DNA from: Phycisphaeraceae bacterium
Lineage (GTDB): Bacteria; Planctomycetota; Phycisphaerae; Phycisphaerales; Phycisphaeraceae
Direction: 5' to 3'
DNA length: 64,000 bases
Assembly (NCBI GenBank): GCA_963674705.1
Contig: OY771506.1
Span: 4,672,001 to 4,736,000, forward strand
In this document: positions 10,660-20,800 of the stretch, piece after piece
How positions within the stretch are numbered: the stretch's first letter is position 1
How the letters are laid out: every line of letters begins with the position of its first letter
Translations under genes and position numbers: made by a program
Notes under the pieces: generated by a model
Seen by the model: the letters and a program-made list of their open reading frames with translations, nothing else
The model's database searches: none
Told to the model about the DNA's origin: nothing

Positions 10660-12195
10660 TCACTCATCATTAACCGTGACCTGGAAAGGTGACGCGGGGA
10701 TACCGCTGGCATCAGTCAGATTGGCAACCGGTGGATTATCAGCCCATGCGTAGCGAACAGTAACGGGCCTTGCTATCTCCTCGTGCCAAACGGAGACTTG
10801 ATTATTACCAGTAACTTCAACATGAGCCCAGCGCCACTTCTGGTCAGCTCCGGCAATCGCGAATCCGCCAATTGGCCGATCGTCCGACGAGATTAGGGCA
10901 CCAGCGTCAACCGAAAATCGCAACTCAACCCGATCGTCAACAATTTTCGCATCTTCAAGTACAGGCCCGTGCCCAACCTTAGGCCCCTCGTAGACTTCAT
11001 CTAAAGCCCAGCGTGCGAGTCGCTCACCCACATCACGCTTATTCTGCGGATGTCCATTTTCAGCATCGCCTAGATCGATCGTCACGGCTAAACCCGTGTC
11101 CGGCAATGATCGAGCAGCTAACCGTTGTGCTTCGCGCAAGGTAGCCCACTCTGAGTCCCCAGGATCGATAGCCACGGGTCTGTAATTCGGCAACTGTACG
11201 ATTCCATAGTAATACTGCTGCTGCCCCCATGCAGACCGCCAGGCTTCTATCATCTTCATCAACATGGGTTGATATCGATCAGCACCACCGACATTGCTCT
11301 CGCCCTGATACCAGACAGCTCCTCGCATCGCAAAAGGTACTATCGGGTAGATCATCGAATCATAAAGACTGCCGGACTGAGATTGTGGCCGTAATGCTAC
11401 CGGCATACGGGGAGGTTGTGGCAGCTTCTTTCCTGCTGCTTCCGCAGCATCTCGATCTTGTTTCCACTGCGCCACCTTTGCTTCATACTCAGACATCATG
11501 CGCGGCTGCTCGCGTTCACGTATCCTGTCACGCTCCCGGGTCGAAGCGAAAGCCTCACCATCTCGGATTACTTCGATCGGCGTCCACGACTCAATTGTGG
11601 TTGCGCCCCACGCACTACTGATCAGACCAACCGGCATGCCCAGTTCTGCTCTCAACTTCAGTCCGTAGTAATACCCCACAGCAGAAAACTTCTCAGCAGA
11701 TTCAGGCGTACATCCCGCCCATGCCCCTACCGCGTCTTCACCACGCTCTACAACATGATTCTCGATACGCAATAAACGTAGCAAGGGATCATCTGCTTTC
11801 GCGACCTCTGCCTCCCCATCCTCGGCATGCGATAAACCGAACTGCATATTCGACTGCCCCGCACACAACCATACCTCGCCAACCAGGACATCCTCACATG
11901 TGAGTATTTTGCCATCACACTCAACCTTGAGCACGCGAGATGATATGCTTGCAGGCATAGGGTCCAGATCGACCCGCCAGCGGCCATCGGCGTTAGCAGT
12001 CGTTTTTTTAAACTGATCCGCAAACGTAACCACAACCTCTTTGCCGGGTTCTGCCGTGCCCCAAATCGGAACGTTGGCATCGCGCTGTAATACCATATGA
12101 TCGCCGATCACCATCGGCAAACCCAGTTCGGCTCGTGCCTGCATAGTAATTGCTGATACTAAAGCAACACCCAAAAAGCCAATGATACGTATCAT
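10660..12195 (-). CDS. Sialate O-acetylesterase (SASA) family carbohydrate esterase, secreted
   Basis: GDHMVLQR, GEVWLCAGQSNM, WYQGESN, GHPQNKRDVGERLA, VRYAWADNP; start uncertain (12195 or 12246). Confidence 0.88.
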   Translation of the reverse strand: MIRIIGFLGVALVSAITMQARAELGLPMVIGDHMVLQRDANVPIWGTAEPGKEVVVTFADQFKKTTANADGRWRVDLDPMPASISSRVLKVECDGKILTCEDVLVGEVWLCAGQSNMQFGLSHAEDGEAEVAKADDPLLRLLRIENHVVERGEDAVGAWAGCTPESAEKFSAVGYYYGLKLRAELGMPVGLISSAWGATTIESWTPIEVIRDGEAFASTRERDRIREREQPRMMSEYEAKVAQWKQDRDAAEAAGKKLPQPPRMPVALRPQSQSGSLYDSMIYPIVPFAMRGAVWYQGESNVGGADRYQPMLMKMIEAWRSAWGQQQYYYGIVQLPNYRPVAIDPGDSEWATLREAQRLAARSLPDTGLAVTIDLGDAENGHPQNKRDVGERLARWALDEVYEGPKVGHGPVLEDAKIVDDRVELRFSVDAGALISSDDRPIGGFAIAGADQKWRWAHVEVTGNNQVSVWHEEIARPVTVRYAWADNPPVANLTDASGIPASPFQVTVNDE

Positions 12196-12242
12196 AAATA
12201 TTACACGAACCGGCATTGCTACTACATAATCTTTCATCATTA

Positions 12243-13808
12243 TCACTCCGGCAGTACCTGCCCGTCATGCAACAGTCGATCACGTAACAGATCGTACTTC
12301 ACTTCTTGAACTGGTATACCCTTGTCGATCGCGAGGTCCGCAGCGGTAGCTGCGCTCTGCCCAAGAATCATGAATACCGGCTCCATGCGGATCGAGCCAT
12401 AGGCAATGTGCGAACTAGACACCGCACACACTACAAACAGGTTTTCACACTCTTCCTGTTTAGGCGTGATCGCGCCGTAATCAATCGGGTAAGGCCCGCC
12501 CGGGTTCACCTGAACGTCCCCCTCGTTACGCACGAATCCATTCGCATCGACGTAACGCTGCACATTATGCGAATCCATGTTGTACGAGCCCATCCCAATC
12601 GGGCGTGGGGTCGGCAGCTTTCGGCGAAGATGATTTTCGTTCACGACTAAGACGCCCACCATCCGCCTCGCTTCACGCACATATATCTGGTAGGGCCAAT
12701 GACCGTTATCGACAAACTCATCTTTTGCCAATCCCCATTCGCTGTACCATGCTCGCACATCCTCTGGTACGCGGGGATCATTCGCCAAAAAGTAACAATA
12801 CCCCATCTGATAGACACGATGTTCTTCAAGAATCTCCCGGCGACGCTCGTAACCCGCCTCGGGATAGTCGTAATTCATACCGATGTTGTCTGTCGAGAAT
12901 GATCCATTGTTGTTCGTATCTGTCTTTCCATTAGGCAACTCGACAAAGCCACCGGTGTAGTGTTTCGATCCTGCAAGCAGATCACGTAACAATAATTCAT
13001 ATTGTGATGGGTCGTACTCAACCGGCTTCGGAAACGGCACGCGATTCTCCGGCACGCGCGTCAGGCACATCCGGTAGTTGTACGCTTGTACACGATGGTC
13101 TGCCTCGCCCTGCTCACCCGGCTTCTCGCTGGATACCCGCGGCAACAAACCGCTATCCGGATCACCCTGCACAACATACGCACTGATATCATTCTTAAAC
13201 TGATGATAAACCGCGTTCTCGTGCTGTACGCCGTTGAGCGTCTCGTTGTATTGGCTATTCGCCTCTCGGCCAACGGTATAACTCACCCCAGCCGCCGCCA
13301 TCAGATCGCCTTCATACGTCGCATCAATATAGACTTTCCCACGATATCGGTTCCCCGACAGCATCGTGATCGATACTATCCGTCCATTTTTCAGCTCTAC
13401 CCCTGCTTCCGGCGTGCGGTTTAACCATTCATCACGACATACAGGGATGTCGTACTCTTTCACCCAATCTTCAAACACGTACTCAGCAACATGCGGCTCA
13501 AACAGCCAGCTTGCCTTGCCCTCATGTCCATAGGCCTTACCGAGCCGTTTGTAAAATTCCAAACTTAGACCACCGACAGCGGACTTCTTCCCTGAATCGG
13601 TCGCACCGAGTCCGCTAGCGCTCATGCCTCCGATATGTTTTTCGGAGCACACGATAACGACATCCAAACCATCTCGACTTGCCTGTACCGCTGCGGTGAT
13701 CGCCGCCGATGTTCCACCGTAGATCACCAGATCATACATATGCTCAGTCTCCGCCATAGCATGTGTTGATATCAGGATGCCCAGTAACACAGCCAGGATC
13801 TGCTTCAT
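12243..13808 (-). CDS. Secreted FAD-dependent oxidoreductase (PF12831-like)
   Basis: Signal peptide; YDLVIYGGTSAAITAA, IDATYEGDLMA, YVREARRM, SSSHIAYGSIRMEPVFM. Confidence 0.88.
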   Translation of the reverse strand: MKQILAVLLGILISTHAMAETEHMYDLVIYGGTSAAITAAVQASRDGLDVVIVCSEKHIGGMSASGLGATDSGKKSAVGGLSLEFYKRLGKAYGHEGKASWLFEPHVAEYVFEDWVKEYDIPVCRDEWLNRTPEAGVELKNGRIVSITMLSGNRYRGKVYIDATYEGDLMAAAGVSYTVGREANSQYNETLNGVQHENAVYHQFKNDISAYVVQGDPDSGLLPRVSSEKPGEQGEADHRVQAYNYRMCLTRVPENRVPFPKPVEYDPSQYELLLRDLLAGSKHYTGGFVELPNGKTDTNNNGSFSTDNIGMNYDYPEAGYERRREILEEHRVYQMGYCYFLANDPRVPEDVRAWYSEWGLAKDEFVDNGHWPYQIYVREARRMVGVLVVNENHLRRKLPTPRPIGMGSYNMDSHNVQRYVDANGFVRNEGDVQVNPGGPYPIDYGAITPKQEECENLFVVCAVSSSHIAYGSIRMEPVFMILGQSAATAADLAIDKGIPVQEVKYDLLRDRLLHDGQVLPE

Positions 13809-13837
13809 GTGTATTCCTCATATTAACGAGAGAACAA

Positions 13838-14812
13838 TCAGCCTTTAACCGCGCCGAGTTGGATACCTTTGACCAGGTACTTTTGCAATACGACAAACAA
13901 TATGAGCATCGGCACAACCGACAGCGTAATCGCCGCCATCAATACGTTTGTCTGCTGGCCCGACGAAGAGTCGAAGTACAGCAGGCCAACCGGTAGTGTA
14001 TATCGGTGTGTGCTCTTTAGCATTACCAACGGCCAGAAGAAACTGTGGAAGTTGCCGATGAATGTGAAGATCGTCAGCGTGATCAATCCCGGCCGACTAA
14101 GAGGCAGAATCACATCCCAGAACAGTCGCCACTTGCTCGCCCCGTCGATGAGTGCTGCTTCATCAAGCGAACCGGGTATTGTTAGCATGAATTGCCTTAA
14201 CAGGAACGTTCCGAACGCGCTGAACGCAGCCGGCAGAATCAAACCCCAATACGTATCCACCAGCCCGAGCGATATCATCACTTGGTAGTTGGGAATCATC
14301 ATCACCAGCATCGGCAACATCATCGTGCCCAGATACAGGAAAAACACCTTGTCCCGCCCGGGCCACTTCAGCCTTGAGAAGCTGAATGCCGCCATCGAAC
14401 TTGTTACAACTTGGAGATACGTCACGCAAGACGCAACAAACACGCTGTTCCAATACCACCGTGCATAGCTGATCCCCTGAGCTTCTTGCTCCTCGTTCAA
14501 TACAATCAGATTCGTGCCAAACCATTGATTCCATAAACCTTCAAGCCATTCAAGCCTAAGAAGGGGTTTATAGTTCTCCCATCTCAATTCACTTGGCAAC
14601 CACGTATCCAGCCCCACCTCGTTGATTGGCTTCAGACTTGTCAATACCATCCAGATGAACGGCAAAACCATCGTCAGGCTCAACGCCACCAGCAGCAGGT
14701 GCAGCAACGAAACACCCATCAGCTTCGCAGAAGCCCAGGGTTTACGGTAAGTCTTCTCTGACTGAGTCGACTTATTCGAGTTGGATTTAATCGTTGACAA
14801 AACGGTTGCCAA
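13838..14812 (-). CDS. Carbohydrate ABC transporter permease (MalG-like)
   Basis: FLLRQFMLTIPGSLDEAALIDGA EAA motif; QKYLVKGIQLGAVKG terminus. Confidence 0.92.
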   Translation of the reverse strand: MATVLSTIKSNSNKSTQSEKTYRKPWASAKLMGVSLLHLLLVALSLTMVLPFIWMVLTSLKPINEVGLDTWLPSELRWENYKPLLRLEWLEGLWNQWFGTNLIVLNEEQEAQGISYARWYWNSVFVASCVTYLQVVTSSMAAFSFSRLKWPGRDKVFFLYLGTMMLPMLVMMIPNYQVMISLGLVDTYWGLILPAAFSAFGTFLLRQFMLTIPGSLDEAALIDGASKWRLFWDVILPLSRPGLITLTIFTFIGNFHSFFWPLVMLKSTHRYTLPVGLLYFDSSSGQQTNVLMAAITLSVVPMLILFVVLQKYLVKGIQLGAVKG

Positions 14813-16283
14813 ACTTCCAGTTAAACATTGTGATCACAAACACTAGACCAAACAGTGTCCACGTTATCGCTGCGGCGTAGCCTAATCGCCCGGTTTCGAA
14901 GCCTTCGGTGTATACGTAATAACTAAGTGTCGTCGTCGCCCCTGCCGGCCCGCCCTGCGTCATGGTACGCGCCATCTCGAAACCGCCCTGCAGACCATAG
15001 ATCATGCTCATCACCACGATGAAGAACGTAATCGGGGCAAGCTGAGGCCATGTCACATGCCAGAACTTCGCGAACCGTCCCGCCCCATCGATCGATGCCG
15101 CCTCGTACAACTCACCCGGCACATTACTCAAACCCGCCAGGTATAAAAGCATGTTGTTAGATCCGACCGCCGCCCACAAAGCCATGATCATCAACGCAGG
15201 CTTCGCCCATGCCGGGTCGCTCAACCATTGAGGTGGTTCCAAACCGTTGTCGGTTGCCATCTCCGGCAGATGATGCATCACCGATCCAAGTCCGATCAAT
15301 ACAAACATCCCCACCATTAATACCGCCGAAAATATCATCGCCCCGCCAAGTCCTTCATCCGCTGACGCTTTGAACGGCCTATCACCAAACAATAATCCCA
15401 AGATCAATCCTGCGAACAATAATCCAGCCACCGCAAGCAGCAACACACCCGCCGCTAGCACAGGCAGCCAGTTCCACCCCGTCGCAATTGGTATCGTCAG
15501 AAGCACCACCGCGATCAACAGGCCGATCTGTCCAAGATCCCCCTGCCGCCACCAGTCAAATAATCGGTAATAACCAAACGCAAACAACACGATAACTAAC
15601 AGTACCGCCAGCCATAATCCTGCCTGTACCACTCCCGGCGGCAGGCTGTTCACAGCGCTACTCACATTATCCAGCACAGGTGATAACACCGCGTTGATCG
15701 GTCCGCTGTACGGGCTGTACAGCTTCTTCCATAGGATGTACGTTGCCACACCCGCGCAGAAGTGCGGCATATAAAACAGTGTGCGGTACACGGTCGATCC
15801 GCCCATCGTCCCGCCGGTCAATATTAAGCCTACCACGCCGCCGATCAATAACGTCATCGCCGCCACACCGGCGCCAAGCATGGCCAGTATCCCCACGCCA
15901 GAGACAAACACTGCACCGACCACGAGCAACCACTTGCTCCTGCACGATCCCCCATCCAGGTCCTGGCTCAGCAATACTGCCGCCAGCAAAGAACCAGCAA
16001 TGCTGAATGGGATCGCCATCATCAGGAACAGCGTGTTCCCCATGTACTTCCAGAAGTCATCGGAACTCAACAGCCTGCTGAAGTTGTCCAAGCCGACAAA
16101 CTTCAATGGCTCATCACGGAACATGTTGTGCAGCCGCAGGTCCCAGTTACTGAACGCCAGCAAGAGCGACAGCACCAGTGGCAGCAAAGTGAACGCAAGG
16201 AATCCCAGGATATTCGGCGCAAGGAATAACAATCCCGTCGCAACTTCCCGCCGTGATCGTTTTCGCTGGCTTGCTCTACTCAA
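14787..16283 (-). CDS. Carbohydrate ABC transporter permease (MalF-like) with extra TM insertions
   Basis: FLAPNILGF, FVGLDNF, LYLAGLSNVPGELYEAASIDGA; 498 aa. Confidence 0.9.
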   Translation of the reverse strand: MSRASQRKRSRREVATGLLFLAPNILGFLAFTLLPLVLSLLLAFSNWDLRLHNMFRDEPLKFVGLDNFSRLLSSDDFWKYMGNTLFLMMAIPFSIAGSLLAAVLLSQDLDGGSCRSKWLLVVGAVFVSGVGILAMLGAGVAAMTLLIGGVVGLILTGGTMGGSTVYRTLFYMPHFCAGVATYILWKKLYSPYSGPINAVLSPVLDNVSSAVNSLPPGVVQAGLWLAVLLVIVLFAFGYYRLFDWWRQGDLGQIGLLIAVVLLTIPIATGWNWLPVLAAGVLLLAVAGLLFAGLILGLLFGDRPFKASADEGLGGAMIFSAVLMVGMFVLIGLGSVMHHLPEMATDNGLEPPQWLSDPAWAKPALMIMALWAAVGSNNMLLYLAGLSNVPGELYEAASIDGAGRFAKFWHVTWPQLAPITFFIVVMSMIYGLQGGFEMARTMTQGGPAGATTTLSYYVYTEGFETGRLGYAAAITWTLFGLVFVITMFNWKFGNRFVND

Positions 16284-17809
16284 CGATCACCGCCTTCCGT
16301 CGCGTCTTCCGCCCAACCCATCTCGACATAGTACTTGCGGTGGAATGGATTCGTAATCCATTCAAGTGGAACCTTTTGTCCTGCTGCCCGACGCTGATCG
16401 ATTTTCTCCTGAATCTTGCACAGTTCTTCGTATAGAATGCGTCGGCTTTCATTTTCTGTCAGCGATAGCTGTACTTCATCGTTGATCGCCTCGGCCGCCT
16501 CCCGTGCTGCTTTTTCTGATGACGCCATCTGCGGATCTGTCATCACCTTGTCACGCGCATCACTGATCAAGCGAGTCACGGTCACAACCGGGACGAACGG
16601 GCTTTCATCATTGGCAACGCCGAACTTTTCGACCGCTTCGCTGAATACCTCGTGGGTGCCCCATTCGTTCGGATACTTGGCCGGCTTGCGGTACGCTTTG
16701 ATCTGTGCAAATGCGGGATTCGGCGGCAAGGCATCCGCGTCTTCAACGATCTGCATGTTGTAGTCTTCGCTGGCGAGGTAGGACAGGAACAACGACGCCA
16801 GTTCTTTATTCGGGCTCCCTTTGTATACCGCCGCCGCACGCGTGCCTACAAGATTATTGGCATAACCATCTTCTGAATTTGGGAAGTGGCTGACACTTAG
16901 CTGCATCGGCTTTTCAAATTCACGCAGCCGGATCAGCGACCACCGGCCGTTGAAGATCATCCCGTAACGCCCTGTATAAAACATCGACAGCGACGCCCCG
17001 CTGAATCCTGACGCCGCCGACATCGACGCTTCTTCCGCAGCCGATGGCATCAGGTTGTCTACATACACCCACTGCCGCAACCTATCCAAGGCAAACGCAA
17101 ACCGCGGATCGTCCAACGTGCACCGCGTCATCGTTTCATTGAACACACTCAATCCCTGGCTGCGGATCATGTTCAACGAGAACACATAGGCTCGCCAGCC
17201 GGTCGCGCTATCACAAAAGAAAACCATCTGCCTTTCGCCAGGCGTGTTTGCCTTTGCAACGAATTCTCTGCCGATCCGCTCGAACGTTTCGTAGTCCCAC
17301 TCGCGAGGGGGCATCTCGACGCCGAGTTCCTTGAATCGTTCGACATTCACCCAGAAGCAGATGACTGAAACATTGCACGGAAAACCATACTGCCTTCCAT
17401 CACGAACCAATTCCGGCTTCAGCGAAGCGTACGTCTGAGACATATCAAAGCCAAGCCCCTCCGCCTCTTCCGTCATGTCTTCAAGCACGCCCAGCGAGTG
17501 CATCTGTCCGATCGAGCAATCCATGACATCACTGGCGACCCCCGCCACACTCTGCACAAGCTTCTTGGAATTGTCCGATCGACCAATCAGATCCAAACGC
17601 AATTCAACGATTGGCTTCCCGTCTTCCGTGGTGTGGCCGTTTTCAACTAACCACTTTTGGAACTGGTCCCGCTGCCTGAAACGAGCATTACTCAGATCGG
17701 TTGCCCAGTAGATCACAGGCACCTCACTGCGCATATCAGGCTCGGTCATGACCGTCACGGCACCGGCCACAACGAGGATGATCAGAACGAGCAGGAAGAG
17801 ATACTTCAT
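16280..17809 (-). CDS. Sugar ABC transporter substrate-binding protein
   Basis: N-terminal anchor; DGRQYGFP and FYTGRYGMIFNGRW; operonic with two permeases. Confidence 0.85.
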   Translation of the reverse strand: MKYLFLLVLIILVVAGAVTVMTEPDMRSEVPVIYWATDLSNARFRQRDQFQKWLVENGHTTEDGKPIVELRLDLIGRSDNSKKLVQSVAGVASDVMDCSIGQMHSLGVLEDMTEEAEGLGFDMSQTYASLKPELVRDGRQYGFPCNVSVICFWVNVERFKELGVEMPPREWDYETFERIGREFVAKANTPGERQMVFFCDSATGWRAYVFSLNMIRSQGLSVFNETMTRCTLDDPRFAFALDRLRQWVYVDNLMPSAAEEASMSAASGFSGASLSMFYTGRYGMIFNGRWSLIRLREFEKPMQLSVSHFPNSEDGYANNLVGTRAAAVYKGSPNKELASLFLSYLASEDYNMQIVEDADALPPNPAFAQIKAYRKPAKYPNEWGTHEVFSEAVEKFGVANDESPFVPVVTVTRLISDARDKVMTDPQMASSEKAAREAAEAINDEVQLSLTENESRRILYEELCKIQEKIDQRRAAGQKVPLEWITNPFHRKYYVEMGWAEDATEGGDR

Positions 17810-17883
17810 GAGCAGTCAGCGTAAGCAATTGCGCGGTGTGGCGTATAAACGGGGTACCGTTCCAAGTGGCTGATGAAAGTTAA

Positions 17884-20800
17884 TCATAGCAGGCTTGTTA
17901 ACCAATCGGCCGTCTCGTCATCGACACCAGAGCGGTCGACCCTTGTATCCCACCCATGCCTGTGTCTGATGGTGGTTGACAGCCTGATTTCCATCGCAGG
18001 CAGCGTGAAGCATGAGCGTTGCACCTGCTCCTGCCTGTTAAGTCGTCCCCAGATCGCAGCCATCGAGAGGCTGCTTTGAGCCGATTGGACTTCTTGTTGA
18101 ACCTGGGCCTGCTGCCGATGTTGCTGCCTCTGGCTAACCGACTGTTGCTGTGTAGTCTGTGTTTGCTGTATCGGTGTATCAATCGTTACAACTGCATCTT
18201 TGTGTTCGGAAGAGTTCGGCACTACTTCCTCCGACAGGCTCGCGCTTTGATCTGCTACAGGCTCCTCAACCAACTCACCGACAACGACCTCCATCACGGG
18301 AGGCAGTTCAACACTATCAGCATATGTAAACCGATTCACGGTCCATAAATCCAAGTCTGCCTGATCGACCATACCATCGTAATTAAAATCAGCGTCTGAC
18401 CAGTTCCCGCTGCTGTTGCGGCTCAGGTTCCACCGATTGAAGTCTGAGCCATCGACACTGCCGGACAGGTTCGCATCGCCATAGAGGGTGTGGCGAATCA
18501 ATACCGCGGTCGCATCAACAGAAACACCCATGAAATCGCCACCGGTTGTACCAAGCACATCTGCGCTCTCTGCATATCCGACCGCCGACTGGATCGCATT
18601 ACCCAAGCTCGTGGTGATCCCGGCACCATCCCATTGACCCGAATTGTAGGCACGTATGATCGTCGACTGGATCGTAGCTAAAGGCGATATTCCGCTATAA
18701 TCAACAATCAAACCATTGTTCATCAGGTCCAGTGTTGCACCTGTGCCCAGCGCCAGAGATTCGACAAGTAACACACCCGATGTCGTATCGGACGAGATGA
18801 TATCTACGTCGCCATTGACGATCAGTGCTCCGATCCGCGATCCGGTAAGGAAATCGATATCAGCCGAAGCGCCAACCGTGACTAAGGGGCCGCCGTTTTC
18901 ACTATCTACAAACAGGGCGAGGCTACCGCTATTGATCGTGATCGAGTCCTCAGCTTCTGCACTCTGGATAGTCAGCGTCTGCCCCGTCATGCCGCTAAGC
19001 GTCACAGCATCTGCACCATACCCACCGCTGACCACGACATCATTGATGTCAGCTAATGCGAAACCGTGTGATACGCCATTACGTGTCACATTCAATGTTG
19101 AGCCTGATGCAGATAAACCCAGTACATCGGCTGCATCTGTACCAACCACGTATAGCGTGCCATCAACCACGAATGCAAAATCACCGGTGCGTGTCTCGTA
19201 CAGGCTCGCGCCGATCGAACGGGCCGCATCGACCATTTCGGTGTAAGGCGTATCCGTGATACTTACGAAGCCGAGGTTGCTGTTGTTGTTATTACTGTTG
19301 AGCTTGCCGGAGGTCGGGAAGTCCCAGTATTGCAGCCAGTGCATGCCGATGTAGCGATCGTCGTTCAATGTATCGAGGGCATAATCGGTGAACTTATCCG
19401 CCCTATTCGCCTGGTCCGTAGCAGTGCGCAAGCCGTCGGACAACAGGCCGGTGTCGTTTGCGCTGTAGTGGTATTCGCTGGCGATCAGGGGGACATCGCC
19501 TTCTAATCCGTTCGGATAATTTGCCGCGTTGGCACTGTATCGGTTGATGCTTACGACATCACAGTACGACATCGCCGCCGCTGCCGCGTTCTCACGTACG
19601 CCGCCCGTGAATCGTGCACCGAGATATAAATGATTGGGAGCCGCTTCTCTCATCGCCTGCTGCGTTGAGCTGAAGTACTGCTCAGCATACAACTGATCGA
19701 ATGCGATCAGGTCCGCCTCGGCTCCAGTCATATTTGGCGTCACGTTACGCTTATTCAGGAAGTCCCCCCACGATGTATAGGATGTCTGCCACTGAGTATT
19801 GAGCGCGGAGATCGTGCCGTATTTTTCCATCAACTGGTCACGGAAGGCGATCTTGGCATACTGCGTTGAACTTGCCGCCAGAGCAGCCAGCCCTGCATCG
19901 ATATCTTCAACCAGTGTCCGCGTCCAGGTAAGCTCATTGTGAATAAAGTATCCGATGTTGTATGAGTCATTCAGACTCTTGCCTGTCTCTTCGTAGATCC
20001 GGTCCTTCACATTCTGCAGATAGGCCGGGTCAAAGTAATCCGGGAACGACCCGTTACCGTTAATCAGCGACGGATTATCCGGAAACAGCACGATCGTGTA
20101 GGGCGTCTTACTTTGCAGATATACATCTTCGTCGGACCAGCCGCCGATGGTGTTAAAGCCCCAACTCTTGAGCCGCTCGTGCGCGATATCCTGTGAGATC
20201 GATTCCCAATCTTCACCGTATTTGGCCAGCGCATTAGCAGCGTAGAAGTTCATCGTCAGCGGGTATGAGCCCTGGTAATAACCGCTGGTGACAATGCTTG
20301 ATTCGACGGTTAGGAATTCAGAAGCAGGATCATTCTCATCGGGCAGATACGTAAAGTAGTCTTCTCGTCCTGACACGCCTGTCTTCACCGCAACGCCGGT
20401 CGACCCTTCTCGATCCGGATCACTCACGCCTGTAATGCCGTTGGAGAAGAACAGGTATCCATCCGGATCGACGAACCACCACTTGCCATCGACCTTGGCT
20501 GTATAGAAGTAGCCCGTCGCTTCGAGTTGTGGCCCGGCAAGCCATCCGCCGTATTCATCCAGATCAGATGCGCCAGGATTTGTCGCAAGGTCTGCCGTTT
20601 CATCGGCAGCCGACTGAACTAACTCTTCCAGTGAATCGATCTTATCTTCCCAGTCCATGTATCGGTACTGCCCGAATTCATCAATGAACGGGAAGAAACC
20701 GCTCGGATACAGCCCGTCGCCAGTCGGTGATTCCGGATTTTCCTGCATCGCAACAATCGTTTGCGGGTTCTGCAAAAGATCCAGCGCCGCAGCATCCGTC

